Shown: positions 1-10,751, numbered from the stretch's first letter. The stretch is DNA of 64,000 nt from Candidatus Thorarchaeota archaeon (GCA_048882045.1 JBHLRZ010000016.1:1-64000), one strand, 5' to 3'. Program-made: numbers and translations. The notes: generated by a model not told the origin, from the letters alone.

Positions 1-1359
1 TCTGTGAGAGGTCTTCCCGAACTTACTGTTTCGGACATCTACAAGGGAATCAGATTGGAGTATACAACTGATATTTTGACGATCGAAGAAAGAATTGAGG
101 TGGCGTACTCACTTGACAGACAGTTGGGTGGAGCTCAGCTCCTGACGCACACGAATGGAACTGAGAATTTCTTTGTGTACCTTCTCGCACCTAGTATAAC
201 TGAAGATGCGGAGAGCGCTGTGAGACAGTACGTTTTCGTGCTAGATAGGTCTGGGTCAATGGGAGGAGTCAAGATTGAACAAGCAAAGATTGCATTCTGT
301 GCTATGGTTGGCACACTGAGAACAATCGACATGTTCAATGTAATCTGCTTTGACCACGAGATTGATGATCTCTGGACTGAACCCCATGCAGCAACTGTAA
401 GTAATATTCAGACTGCTCAGAATTGGATCAATGCTCTAACAGCAAGGGGATCAACTGACTTCCATGGGGCAGCGATGCGAGGACTAGAAACATTCACTGA
501 AGGCGAGAATGCCAAGGCAATGCTCATTCTCTCTGATGGTCTTCCGACAGCAGGAGAAATAACTCACTCCTCAGGTATATTAACTGCAATCAACGAAGCC
601 AATATACTTGATGTATCAATTGCTACAGTTGCATTCGGGTCCGATGCAGACGAAAACCTCATGGCGAACATCGCGACGCAGAACAATGGATTCTTTGAAT
701 TCATTGAGCCGGATGATGACGCCAGTACTAAGCTCCTAGACTTCTACAAGACATTCTCTACCCCTGTTGCGAATAATTATGAGATTGGATTCAGCGGAGC
801 TTTGGAGGTCGTTTCACTATCTCCTCTTGAAGAGTCACCTTTCTTCAACGGATCTGAAGTTGTTGTTTCTGGTCGATATATTGAAGGAATGACAGTTACA
901 ACGTCTATAGAATATGTAAGCGGACCAGAAATTTACACAGATACAGTTGGCGCTGCATCACATCACAATGAGCATGTGGAGTATATTTGGGCGCAACAGA
1001 AAATCTCCTTGTTGCTTGAACAGGTGGCCGAAGAAGGTGATACTGACGAGCTTCGTAGTCAGATTGTGTCCATTGGCATGAGGTATGGATTAGCGATTGC
1101 AGGTTACACTGCAATGGTGCTAACTGCCTACAATGCAGAATCTACTGAAGAAGTTCCAGACGTACCAGATACGGATGCAACATATACACAACCTCCAGCT
1201 TCAACATATAATGGACCTCCACGAGCGACTGCAACACCTCCTGCGGCTCCAGTCGCTTTTGACTCCACACTAAGTATAGTGAGTGGTTCCATTGGAGTAG
1301 TTTGTGTTCTTAGTATAGGAGCAATCATTCTCCTTATCTCCAGACATAGGAGGGGTTAG
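1..1359 (+). CDS. vWA-domain membrane-anchored protein, inter-alpha-trypsin-inhibitor-like (5' partial)
   Basis: MIDAS motif DRSGS, GST and LSDG; Pro/Thr/Ala-rich linker; C-terminal TM helix plus RHRR. The frame is open to the window edge. Confidence 0.85.
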   Translation, partial: SVRGLPELTVSDIYKGIRLEYTTDILTIEERIEVAYSLDRQLGGAQLLTHTNGTENFFVYLLAPSITEDAESAVRQYVFVLDRSGSMGGVKIEQAKIAFCAMVGTLRTIDMFNVICFDHEIDDLWTEPHAATVSNIQTAQNWINALTARGSTDFHGAAMRGLETFTEGENAKAMLILSDGLPTAGEITHSSGILTAINEANILDVSIATVAFGSDADENLMANIATQNNGFFEFIEPDDDASTKLLDFYKTFSTPVANNYEIGFSGALEVVSLSPLEESPFFNGSEVVVSGRYIEGMTVTTSIEYVSGPEIYTDTVGAASHHNEHVEYIWAQQKISLLLEQVAEEGDTDELRSQIVSIGMRYGLAIAGYTAMVLTAYNAESTEEVPDVPDTDATYTQPPASTYNGPPRATATPPAAPVAFDSTLSIVSGSIGVVCVLSIGAIILLISRHRRG

Positions 1360-1373
1360 TAACCACACGCACA

Positions 1374-1425
1374 GAGTCAGGGCAGAGCGGAGTTCAACAT
1401 TCTGCTCTGACTCACCTTTTTTCTT
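1374..1425 (+). terminator. Hairpin plus U-tract terminator
   Basis: GAGTCAGGGCAGA / TCTGCTCTGACTC stem (one G-U pair) followed by TTTTTTCTT just after the stop codon. Confidence 0.65.
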
Positions 1426-1488
1426 ACTGAGCAACTCTTGAGAGTGAGTTATATAGTACTTTGTAGATGCGAGTACAGGTGACTATGA

Positions 1489-1866
1489 TTGTACCAGAGG
1501 CGTTCAGATACAGAGTACCCATTTCTGTCTGTAGAGAATCTAGGTACGCAGTTTGTTTCTGAAGCTAAGAACATGACTGGACTTGTTTTGAAGGATGCAA
1601 ATGGTCAGATGGATAGAAACCTCCTTTTCAAACAGCATGCAAGTATGAGGGACGCGCTTGAGCGAATCTGGTCAGGTGTTGAGCAAGGTAAGTTCGAGGT
1701 TGACAATCTACCTCTTCTTAGGACCACCCGAACTGTCTTCTGTCCAGAGATTAGTCGGAAGTTGAAAGCGCCAGAGATTGACCATGCTAAAATCATAAGA
1801 GACCTTAGACTCATGGTAAATACATTCCAATATGTAATCAAACCCAAAGATTCGAGATCTTATTGA
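1489..1866 (+). CDS. Hypothetical protein
   Basis: 125 aa ORF with a TTG start preceded by an AGGTGA SD and a TTATAT TATA-like box. Confidence 0.6.
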   Translation: MYQRRSDTEYPFLSVENLGTQFVSEAKNMTGLVLKDANGQMDRNLLFKQHASMRDALERIWSGVEQGKFEVDNLPLLRTTRTVFCPEISRKLKAPEIDHAKIIRDLRLMVNTFQYVIKPKDSRSY

Positions 1867-1918
1867 TATTCATTCCAGAAGACTGAATACTTGTCTAGCA
1901 TCATTCAATTTGAGGAAG

Positions 1919-2674
1919 ATGAAAGTAACACTCTTAGGTACTGGAACCTCGTTTCCCGACCCTGAAAGGGTCCAATCAGGTATTCTCGTTGAAACTAGTC
2001 AGACATGCGGTCTGTTCGATGTCGGCTCGGGAATACTTCATAGACTTACACAGATTGGTTTTGATTTGACTAAACTTGATGCAATCTTTTTGAGTCATTT
2101 CCACATTGACCATGTTTCAGATTTCCTAACACTATGTCAGAGTCTATGGCTATCAGGATATGATAGACCACTCAAGCTCTATGCACCACCGATGGTCAAA
2201 GAATGGTCTCGAGGAGTGCGTGACGTTTCTTTCACCTACCTGCGTGAGAAGATTGAGATAGACATCATACCGCTCAAGGAAGACCAGGTCGTGCATCAAG
2301 GTGACCTAATAGTGTCCAATGTAGCAACAAACCATAGTACGATGGACACACGAGCCTATAGGGTTGAACACAAAAGTAAAACCTTGGTAATCTCTTCTGA
2401 TACGGCTCCCTGCAGAGAGGTCATTGAATTGTCCAAGGGATGCGATGTCCTAGTACATGAATGCAATTGGTTGGACGGATTACATCCTGAAGGTGTGCAT
2501 ACGAGTCCGAGTGAGTTGGCCAAAATTGCTGAGGAAACAAGTCCACGTAGATTGGTCTTGACACATGTTTCACCAGACGTAGTAGAGGATAAGGAGAAGG
2601 TCATTGAGATTGTGAAACGCAGGACAAATGCAGAGGTCATGTTTGGAGAGGACATGATGGTCCTTGAAATCTGA
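1919..2674 (+). CDS. MBL-fold metallo-hydrolase, RNase Z/AtsA-like
   Basis: LLGTG, SHFHIDH, SSDT, HEC, HTS and LTH motifs; ATG at 1919 follows GAGG. Confidence 0.88.
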   Translation: MKVTLLGTGTSFPDPERVQSGILVETSQTCGLFDVGSGILHRLTQIGFDLTKLDAIFLSHFHIDHVSDFLTLCQSLWLSGYDRPLKLYAPPMVKEWSRGVRDVSFTYLREKIEIDIIPLKEDQVVHQGDLIVSNVATNHSTMDTRAYRVEHKSKTLVISSDTAPCREVIELSKGCDVLVHECNWLDGLHPEGVHTSPSELAKIAEETSPRRLVLTHVSPDVVEDKEKVIEIVKRRTNAEVMFGEDMMVLEI

Positions 2675-2675
2675 T

Positions 2676-3122
2676 CTACGGGAATGAGAACGAAGTCCTC
2701 TCTGGTCCGTACATCCGTTTGATGTTTGCGATTCCAAACACTCCACCCAAGATGAACATCGGTGACCATGAGGCGAGGTAATCATACTGGGGGAGTATGA
2801 GGGGAGGTTGACCTTGCGTTAGTGCAAGACCATTTACCACAAGTACTATGAACCAGGTCAATGAATAGCCAAGGTTTACAATTGATGCTTTTCGAGCAAA
2901 GGACACTTCATAGGTCTTGACAATATGTATAGTGTCGCGGACCACAATAATCACAAAGAGTAGAGTGAACGCGATGAGAGCTGGGTAAGCGAATGTCCAA
3001 AAGAGAATATATCCAACCAGCACAAGACCGAGATAGATTGCATAGGTGAACATAGGATTGAATGGACGACTCTCGGGAATGAAAGGTTTTCTTGTTTCAG
3101 GTTCGGATTCTTTCTCAGTCAT
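2676..3122 (-). CDS. Hypothetical membrane protein (about 4 TM)
   Basis: Hydrophobic segments in a 148 aa ORF. Confidence 0.7.
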   Translation of the reverse strand: MTEKESEPETRKPFIPESRPFNPMFTYAIYLGLVLVGYILFWTFAYPALIAFTLLFVIIVVRDTIHIVKTYEVSFARKASIVNLGYSLTWFIVLVVNGLALTQGQPPLILPQYDYLASWSPMFILGGVFGIANIKRMYGPERTSFSFP

Positions 3123-3195
3123 GAGAACGCACTTCTAGGATTTATCAGGACATCATATAACTGAGCGCGTAGGAGCAAAAAACCCCTTCATGAAT

Positions 3196-3882
3196 TTACA
3201 CAATTTTGATTCTTCGATGGTCAATCAGTTGGGTAATCAAGAACAGGCCAATGATGACATATCCTACAATCGAAACAGCTAGACCTGGTGCAAATAGTGC
3301 AAACGCTTCTTCTGGAGTCCAGATCTGGTGACCACCAAATCCGAAAAGGAGTCCCGTTAAAACGTATGATATGATACCGCGAGATGAAATCGTGAGTAGA
3401 TATGAGAAATATGCGAAACGATAAGCTACTGAATCATGGATGCTCCACCACGCGTAAAGTAGGATTGCAATCTCAGAGTAAGTTCTAATGTTTGATATTG
3501 TCGAGATGACCGAAGCACCATCAATGCCTTCCATCCCCATCACACCGGGGAATATCGCATAGATGAATGCATATGACCAAATCCAGCCAAAGATGTAGAC
3601 AGCAATCAAGATCCACGCCAGATTGCTTCCATTCCTCTTGAGGATAGCAATAGTTCCAACGACAAGAAATGCTCCTCCAGATATACCCATTACTCGGGAC
3701 AGCGTATAGAATAGTTCGAACAGTGCTCGATATTCATTCCATCCAGGACTATAGGATGAAGCAAGAGCGAAGAAAATCGACTGCATGATCAACAACGGTA
3801 CTGCTACGATCCCAATGATGAGCTGTACTTGTATTTGCTGATCATTAATACCATCTGTCAGCTTAGAATCCTCTACGACCAT
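3196..3882 (-). CDS. Hypothetical membrane protein (about 6 TM)
   Basis: Multiple hydrophobic helices in a 228 aa ORF. Confidence 0.7.
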   Translation of the reverse strand: MVVEDSKLTDGINDQQIQVQLIIGIVAVPLLIMQSIFFALASSYSPGWNEYRALFELFYTLSRVMGISGGAFLVVGTIAILKRNGSNLAWILIAVYIFGWIWSYAFIYAIFPGVMGMEGIDGASVISTISNIRTYSEIAILLYAWWSIHDSVAYRFAYFSYLLTISSRGIISYVLTGLLFGFGGHQIWTPEEAFALFAPGLAVSIVGYVIIGLFLITQLIDHRRIKIV

Positions 3883-3969
3883 TTTATCCCCTTCGTATAT
3901 CCTGTTGCGTATTCTTCTATACTATGATCCTTTTGACAGATTCGAAAAAAGCACATGAAGAATGCTAAA

Positions 3970-4290
3970 TCATTCACCTTTGAGAGATTCACTGTCAGTC
4001 ACTTCTTCTTTTGACTCCTCAAAAGACTCAGGCATTATAACTCGTGGGGATTCGTACCTAATCTGCCGCAATGCTTCTCGTTCTGCTGCGCTAGTATCAT
4101 CCAGTAGTCTACTGCATATGAATCCAATAATAGGAATCAACGATAGGATGAAAATCCAACTGAGAAATTCCATAATGTAACTGGGAGCGAATCCACCAGT
4201 AGCAATTACGATGCCAAATCCAGCTCCTAAGGTTCCTGAAATGATTAAAACAACCATCGACCCCACACAGATTTTTTCTCCCCGTTTCAT
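3970..4290 (-). CDS. Small 2-TM protein with acidic tail
   Basis: Two TM helices; probable ATG at 4290 after GGAG. Confidence 0.6.
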   Translation of the reverse strand: MKRGEKICVGSMVVLIISGTLGAGFGIVIATGGFAPSYIMEFLSWIFILSLIPIIGFICSRLLDDTSAAEREALRQIRYESPRVIMPESFEESKEEVTDSESLKGE

Positions 4291-4434
4291 TATTTGTTCA
4301 ACTCCTTCTCCATTCATCATGGAATTCGTGTAATACTTGAAAAATCATTCGTGGAATTTGCCATGTCAACGTTTAAAACCTATGAGAACTCTATCCATCC
4401 TAGAACTCGATTATTGAAACCGAGGAGAATTTGA

Positions 4435-5316
4435 ATGGCTGATGCAATCGAATGGACTAACGCCAGTCCAGAACACATTGTCTGGCGTTACCCGGATAAC
4501 AGAATTGATTGGGGCTCACAGCTAATAGTTATGGAGAACCAAGCCGCCATCTTCTATCGAGATGGGAAAGCTTTGGACACATTTCTTGCTGGCCGCCACA
4601 AGCTTACAACGAGTAGCATGCCAGGTCTTGTTGGCTGGTTGCAAAAGAAGGTTAAAGGCGATGTCTTTGAAGCTACCTGTGTCTTTATTTCACGAGGTCA
4701 ATTTCAAGGAAAATATGGAGGGAGAGGACAGACAAGTGATCTGGCACCCCTTATGTTCCATGGTAACTTCTGGTTCCGTGTAAAGGAGCCGAATATTTTC
4801 GTTCAAGAAATAGTCGGGAATCAGAACGCTTTCAGTACTAAGAAAGTAAACGACTTCCTACGTTCATTCATGAACGAGAGGATCATTGACGAGTTTGCCC
4901 ACTATGACCTTCAAGCTGTCTTTACACAACTTGATGAGACCTCTCTTAAGGTCAAGACCAAGGTTCGAATGAACTTTGAAAGGATTGGTCTAGAGCTTGT
5001 TGATTTGAAGTTTGAGGGGATCGATACAACCGAGAAATATCGTGAGCGACTCTTCTTCATGAAGACAGGTGGAGTGAGCGGTTCCCAAATACTAGGATCA
5101 GAAACCGTAAAGGATTCAGCTGAGTCTCTTGGCAAAAGTCCTGGTGCTGGCTTTGGCGCTGGCATGGGATTCATGGCGGGAGCTGCAGGTATGATGGGGC
5201 AAGGTGGACAACAGGGCCCAGCTGGAACCCCAGCAGGTGCCAAGTTCTGTGCCAACTGTGGAACTGCCTTGAACGGAGCCAAGTTTTGCCCGAACTGTGG
5301 ATCCAAAGTAGGATAA
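4435..5316 (+). CDS. SPFH/Band-7 domain protein (YdjI-like) with double zinc ribbon
   Basis: IVWRYP, GSQLIV.ENQAAIF.RDG, Gly-rich linker, two CxxC motifs (CANCG, CPNCG). Confidence 0.88.
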   Translation: MADAIEWTNASPEHIVWRYPDNRIDWGSQLIVMENQAAIFYRDGKALDTFLAGRHKLTTSSMPGLVGWLQKKVKGDVFEATCVFISRGQFQGKYGGRGQTSDLAPLMFHGNFWFRVKEPNIFVQEIVGNQNAFSTKKVNDFLRSFMNERIIDEFAHYDLQAVFTQLDETSLKVKTKVRMNFERIGLELVDLKFEGIDTTEKYRERLFFMKTGGVSGSQILGSETVKDSAESLGKSPGAGFGAGMGFMAGAAGMMGQGGQQGPAGTPAGAKFCANCGTALNGAKFCPNCGSKVG

Positions 5317-5328
5317 TACAAAATCAGA

Positions 5329-5365
5329 GTGGACGGTGCTGCCGTCCACACGTTTCTCTTTTTTC
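5329..5365 (+). terminator. Hairpin plus U-tract terminator
   Basis: GTGGACGG / CCGTCCAC stem then TTTCTCTTTTTT. Confidence 0.7.
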
Positions 5366-5520
5366 ACTTCAATCCTGATACATTAATTCAGTTGTTTAAA
5401 GAAAGAAATACGCAGAAGCAAAGATGATTATTTCTTACCTTGTGCGCATGCGTTAATCTTGACTCTTTATAATACATAGAAGTCAACTTTTCTCATCACA
5501 TTCTATTCGGAGATAGAAGG

Positions 5521-6834
5521 ATGAGGAAGAGCCGGAGTATCGCAATACTAGTTCTATCTCTGATGTTTGTCTTTCCGTTAATTGTCCAGATTGGTGCAGA
5601 TCACACAGCAGCTGATCTTGACACAGCCAAGACATTCATAGAGAGTTATGAACACCACGAGCAAATATGGATACAGAGCAATGAAGAATTCGACTTCCAA
5701 GCGTCTACTGATGGATGGGCAGGGGATGGAAGTGAAGAACACCCATACATTATCACTGGTTATCTGTTTGACTGTGAGAGCCAACCCATTAGAATTTGGG
5801 ACACCAATGTCCATTGGATTCTGATAGACAATATCATAGATGGAGTTGGTAGCAATATTCAGTGTGGAACTTGGATCGAGAATGTCACGAATGGAGCGAT
5901 CATAGACAATGAGATTTTCAATCGGCATTCAGGAATAGCAGTAACTGGATATACAGAATTGAACATCACTGGGAACTACATTCATGATTGCTGGGGGTCT
6001 GGGATTGAGGTCCTGGGAATGTTGAATCAATCAATCATTCAGGACAATGTCATTGAGAATGTAGGAGGAGCAGGAATCTTCTCAGGTATGTCAAAGGGAA
6101 CTATTGTGAAGGACAATTCAATATCAAGCTGCAATTCGATTGGAATTAGTCTGGTTGGCGTTGTTATCGACTGCATTTTGGCCAGCAATGTCATCTTTGA
6201 CAGTGCTGAGTCAGGTCTTATTGTTTCATATGGTGAGAATACAATCATCACAGGAAACATAATCACCTTCTCTTCAGGCCAAGGCATCTACATGAACTCA
6301 CCAGAGCACTGCACAATATCTCAGAACATCATTGGGGATATATCAGGACATGGCATTCGGATAAATGCAGGAGATACATGCGAAATCAAAGATAATATTG
6401 TAGAGAATTGTACTCTTGATGGTATCCGTCTAGACTTGACTAGTTCCTCAGTTCTTCGGAACATTGTGAGGAATGCGTCTGAGTATTCTGTAAACCTATT
6501 GAGTAGTAGCAATCAAGTCACACTGAAGTTCAACACTTTCATAGATAACGGAAACTCGTGTCATGTGTGTGATGATGGGACTGCAAATATAATATCAGAG
6601 AACTACTTCGATGATTGGTCATCTCCAGATGCAGACGTTAATGGGTATGTGGATAATCCATACATGATTGATGGATCTGCGAGCAACCAGGATGAATATC
6701 CTCTTGCTGTTGCTGGGGTCATTCCGACAACAACACCTGATGGGAGCCCAATGAACATTCATCCACTCATTATTATCGCTCCTATAGGAATAGCCATCGT
6801 AATAGCTGCATTTGTCCTAATCAGACGTCGATAA
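5521..6834 (+). CDS. Cell-surface right-handed parallel beta-helix (NosD/CASH) protein
   Basis: Signal peptide, GDGSEEHPYII, repeated IxxNxI...GI units, D.YPL, C-terminal TM plus RRR. Confidence 0.85.
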   Translation: MRKSRSIAILVLSLMFVFPLIVQIGADHTAADLDTAKTFIESYEHHEQIWIQSNEEFDFQASTDGWAGDGSEEHPYIITGYLFDCESQPIRIWDTNVHWILIDNIIDGVGSNIQCGTWIENVTNGAIIDNEIFNRHSGIAVTGYTELNITGNYIHDCWGSGIEVLGMLNQSIIQDNVIENVGGAGIFSGMSKGTIVKDNSISSCNSIGISLVGVVIDCILASNVIFDSAESGLIVSYGENTIITGNIITFSSGQGIYMNSPEHCTISQNIIGDISGHGIRINAGDTCEIKDNIVENCTLDGIRLDLTSSSVLRNIVRNASEYSVNLLSSSNQVTLKFNTFIDNGNSCHVCDDGTANIISENYFDDWSSPDADVNGYVDNPYMIDGSASNQDEYPLAVAGVIPTTTPDGSPMNIHPLIIIAPIGIAIVIAAFVLIRRR

Positions 6835-6874
6835 ACTAAGAAGGGGTTGAATGGGCCAGCTCCTTCTTCCACAT

Positions 6875-8716
6875 CTAGCTTTCCATAAGGTTGGAGTACT
6901 TCTTGGACAGATACGCTCCAACTCCAAAGAGGAGAAATGCACCAGATGGAATAGCGATTACCATGAAATCGAAGAAATCCTGATCTGCCACTTGAGGGTT
7001 TGAGCCATCAAGATATTCGTTCAGATTGTTTTTTCCGTCCCCATCAGGATCCAACTCTGCATCATTTACCAGGGGATTGAGTCCATTCTCAAGCTCATAG
7101 AGGTCAGGAATGAGATCCATGTCTGAGTCCGCAGAATTAGGATTGAGATTGTTCAAGAATTCGTCAGCATTTGAAACCCCATCGCTGTCTGCATCATCCT
7201 GAGCGTCAGATGGGTCCAATGGATCTAGTCCATATTCATATTCCCAACCATCAGAGATTGAGTCCAAGTCGCTATCGGGAGAGGAACTATCAGTCCCAAC
7301 AATGATTTCCATTGCATCACTCAATGAATCTTGGTCACTATCCATGTGGAACAAAGCGCTATCAAGCCAGTATTCATTTCGGTCGAGAACACCATTGCCA
7401 TCCACATCAGCCTCATATTCGACTTTAATTTCGTATCCCAGACTGTAGTTCGCCAGACAGTCGACTACAACATAGTAAAGACCTGGGATTGTGATCTGTG
7501 TGCTTAGCACTTGCTGAGATTCCCATGCTGACGCATCAGGATAGATGTTAATATCAACCAGATTCCACATTGAGTTGTAGACTTTGAACTGTGCTCCTCC
7601 GCCCCACCATCGACTGGCTGCGTTGATGCGAGTTGGCGTGGTAATTGCTAGGGGGAGAGTCCTATTGAATCCTCCATTGATTATTCCATTTATTTCATGA
7701 CGAACTGGTTCTCCATATTCGCGACTCATTGAGAAAGCAATACACCCACCAATTACGCCAGCAGTCGCTCTACCAAGGTGGTAGTTGAACCTGGAATAAG
7801 AATAGTAGTCACCAGGACCACCAGATATGGAATCCTGGTCCCAACTGGATTCATAAGCACAGATGACACTTCGATATCCCTCCTGATAGAAACTGATGTG
7901 GTCAGACGAGGACCAGAGGGGAAAATCGCCTGATGACACTGAACTGGTGATATCGAATCCATAGAGATTGCCCATCATCTCAGCAAGGTCAGCCCAATAT
8001 TTAGCAACATGATACTCGAATCCTTCGGCGTATGCCATGAGGACCTGCTCATCAGCGTAGGCATAGTAGTTCCTATAGAGAATGGAGTCAATATTATACA
8101 ATGCAATTATGTCTATTCCAAGTGCCGAAGCTTCTTCAGCGACTTCGTTACTGCCTTGAAACGGAGTGCCAAATTCTATGGCAATAGCTGCGTTGAACGC
8201 ACAGAAATAGATGTCTAATGGCCAATCATATTGTGAGAGCACTCTAGCGAGTTCTATCAAAAGGGCTACTCCGCTACCATCATCATTTGCGCCAGGTGAC
8301 CCCTCATTGGTATCATAATGGGCGGAGAGCACAAACACAGGGTTGTCACCGGGGAGATAACCAGGGAGAATACCAATCACATTGTCGTAGTTGCCAACCA
8401 GACTGACCTCGACACGGCCATCGGAAACTTCAGTCAGCTGACTCACGATCCAGTCTCTTGCAGCATCATTGCTCTCAGTTTCCCTAGAGAATCTCGAACC
8501 AATTTCAGAAAGACTTTGAACATAGCTTCGAAAGGTATCATAGTTACAAGCATAGAATATCTCTTCAGCAAAGTTTGCTCCATAAACTCTCTCTATGTTC
8601 TGTGACGTTTGAGCTAAAATTCCAGTAGATTGAGAAAACTGGTTGCTTATCTTGTAAACAGGAGTCGTGGTTGATATCATTGATAGTACAAAGAGTACAA
8701 GGAGCAACCTTCTCAT
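6875..8716 (-). CDS. Membrane-anchored M28 peptidase-fold protein with DxDxDG Ca-binding (TSP3-like) repeats; probably catalytically degenerate
   Basis: SAHYD, GANDDGSG, NID and SDH present; EE and the C-terminal His absent; multiple DSDxDG/LDP repeats; signal peptide and C-terminal TM. Confidence 0.8.
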   Translation of the reverse strand: MRRLLLVLFVLSMISTTTPVYKISNQFSQSTGILAQTSQNIERVYGANFAEEIFYACNYDTFRSYVQSLSEIGSRFSRETESNDAARDWIVSQLTEVSDGRVEVSLVGNYDNVIGILPGYLPGDNPVFVLSAHYDTNEGSPGANDDGSGVALLIELARVLSQYDWPLDIYFCAFNAAIAIEFGTPFQGSNEVAEEASALGIDIIALYNIDSILYRNYYAYADEQVLMAYAEGFEYHVAKYWADLAEMMGNLYGFDITSSVSSGDFPLWSSSDHISFYQEGYRSVICAYESSWDQDSISGGPGDYYSYSRFNYHLGRATAGVIGGCIAFSMSREYGEPVRHEINGIINGGFNRTLPLAITTPTRINAASRWWGGGAQFKVYNSMWNLVDINIYPDASAWESQQVLSTQITIPGLYYVVVDCLANYSLGYEIKVEYEADVDGNGVLDRNEYWLDSALFHMDSDQDSLSDAMEIIVGTDSSSPDSDLDSISDGWEYEYGLDPLDPSDAQDDADSDGVSNADEFLNNLNPNSADSDMDLIPDLYELENGLNPLVNDAELDPDGDGKNNLNEYLDGSNPQVADQDFFDFMVIAIPSGAFLLFGVGAYLSKKYSNLMES

Positions 8717-8842
8717 GGCTCAAAATCGGAATATGGCACCGAATAAACTTAGCCCTGCGAGCAAGGGACTATCACGACTGTAACACATCCATTCGTATTG
8801 GTAAGAACCTAGAATTACTCAGCCAAACGAAGAGATGTTGCT

Positions 8843-10711
8843 ATGCGTCAAGACTTCAGCTATCATGCATTGAACGAGGAAACCGTGGTTTCTGCAAGAT
8901 CAATCAAGAAGAGTACAGGGACCTATTATACTCCACAACATCTTGCTGACCTAATTTCAAGAGATTCTCTATTGGCTTGGCTATCTGAACGCACAAACCG
9001 ACCTCTGAAAGGATTGTCAGACCTGAATTCACTCTCAGTAGATGAAAGATTGATGCTAATCAAAAAGATCCATAAGATTAGAATCATGGATCCCTCTGTG
9101 GGAGAGGGCGTTTTTCTTCTTGCCAGTGCAAATCTCTTGAATGAAATATTAACAACGTTGGGAGATGACCGGACAGAAAATCAGAGAAGAAGAGCAATTG
9201 TCACAAACAATCTGTATGGGGTAGATCTATCCAGTCATGGTGCAAGAGTAAGCAGCACAGAACTATGTGAATGGGCTTCTGCAAATAATGCCCCTAATAT
9301 CCGAATGGGGAATAGTCTCCTAGGATTCATCAGAGCACCAGAGGATAGAGTTGATCTTGATTTCATAATGATTCAAAAGATGGGTAAGAAGAATGGTTCG
9401 AGCTTGATAGACGAATTGGAGAAGACAACCTCATTCCATTGGTCAAGTCAGTATCCACTAATATTTTCAGGACTAAACAAGGGCTTCGATATAATTTTGG
9501 GGAATCCACCGTATGGCAATATCCTGGGAATGTTAGAGAGAAGTCACATAACTGCATCATACCCTTTCAATGTTGGAAAGAACAGAACGGGTACATGGAA
9601 CAGTGCTGCGCATTTTATCGTGAGAGCTGCGTCATTGCTGAAGAATGGAGGACAGCTTGGATTTCTAGTGCCCAATAGCATTCTCAGGGTAAAACAATTC
9701 ACGAAGACTCGGGAATTCATTCTCAATCATTTAGAACTTTGGAAAATTGTGGACGAAGGAAGTCCATTTGAAGGTGTGACTCTCGAGATGGTGAGTCTCT
9801 TCCTGAGGAAGGGAGAAAGACTTCAGAACAAAAGCGTTCAGATTGAGTCTCGAAGAAGTGGGATTAAAAAAACGAATGTCGTCGATTTTACAGTACTAAA
9901 GAAAGCGAATGTGTTTCCAATATATTATGATGATTTCTTCAAGAATATCATTGAAAGAGGTGTGAGGAACCAACTCGTTGCAACACGTGGACGAGATATT
10001 CCAAAGAAACATACCCGAAAACAACATGAGGAAGGATACGATATCCCATACATTACTAGCGGCAGAAGTGTTCACAGGTATAGAATCAACGAATCATACG
10101 TTACGTACACGAATGATTGGTTGTTTCAAGATCATATGCTTTCAGAGTCATTTGAGAATGAACTCCTTGTAGCAACAAAGAACTTCAGGTATCCTCGGTG
10201 TGTCATAAAGCCGCCTGGTGTAGCTCATGGTGGCGGAATTGTGAATATCAAACCACAGTATGAGAATGTAGACTTACAAGTCTTGGGACTGATACTCAAC
10301 TCCCGAATGGTTCGCAACATCTGCATCAGATACCTCACAAACTACTCTCAACTAACATGTTGTCTCAATACAGGAATAATGGAAGAACTCCCACTCATCC
10401 TACCGACTTACAATCGTGTATATTCAACTCTATTTGGCAATCTGAGCGAACATTACTCGAAGTCTATTGAACCTGAACCAGTACTGGAACGAGTTGCAGA
10501 TGCATTGGTCTATTCTTTGTATTTAGGAGAGAGCTGTCGTTTAGAGGAGATGATAGATGACCGATTGCCCATATCACGTAGTGATGGGATTATCACGATT
10601 CTTGACGAGGAGATTCTCAGAGAAGTTGACAAGATATTGGAGAACCATGCTGTGAGAGAACTGGAGCGCCTGGGCAATTTCCCTCCTTCTGAGAAATCTC
10701 TTAGATACTGA
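8843..10711 (+). CDS. N6-adenine DNA methyltransferase, gamma class (TaqI/Eco57I-like), with target-recognition domain
   Basis: GTYYTP, motif I DPSVGEGVFL, motif IV FDIILGNPPY, TaqI_C-like LGLILNS. Confidence 0.88.
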   Translation: MRQDFSYHALNEETVVSARSIKKSTGTYYTPQHLADLISRDSLLAWLSERTNRPLKGLSDLNSLSVDERLMLIKKIHKIRIMDPSVGEGVFLLASANLLNEILTTLGDDRTENQRRRAIVTNNLYGVDLSSHGARVSSTELCEWASANNAPNIRMGNSLLGFIRAPEDRVDLDFIMIQKMGKKNGSSLIDELEKTTSFHWSSQYPLIFSGLNKGFDIILGNPPYGNILGMLERSHITASYPFNVGKNRTGTWNSAAHFIVRAASLLKNGGQLGFLVPNSILRVKQFTKTREFILNHLELWKIVDEGSPFEGVTLEMVSLFLRKGERLQNKSVQIESRRSGIKKTNVVDFTVLKKANVFPIYYDDFFKNIIERGVRNQLVATRGRDIPKKHTRKQHEEGYDIPYITSGRSVHRYRINESYVTYTNDWLFQDHMLSESFENELLVATKNFRYPRCVIKPPGVAHGGGIVNIKPQYENVDLQVLGLILNSRMVRNICIRYLTNYSQLTCCLNTGIMEELPLILPTYNRVYSTLFGNLSEHYSKSIEPEPVLERVADALVYSLYLGESCRLEEMIDDRLPISRSDGIITILDEEILREVDKILENHAVRELERLGNFPPSEKSLRY

Positions 10712-10751
10712 TGCTTAAATACGACTGAGGGAGGAAACAGCAGGATTCAGA

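Noticed and set aside
1484-1567. Short ATG ORF (MIVPEAFRY...CF-TGA) as a selenoprotein
   Set aside because: Read-through of TGA meets TAA two codons later; the TTG ORF in another frame fits the SD better
3196-3882. Microbial rhodopsin or GPCR-like protein
   Set aside because: About six helices and no retinal-binding Lys motif in the last helix
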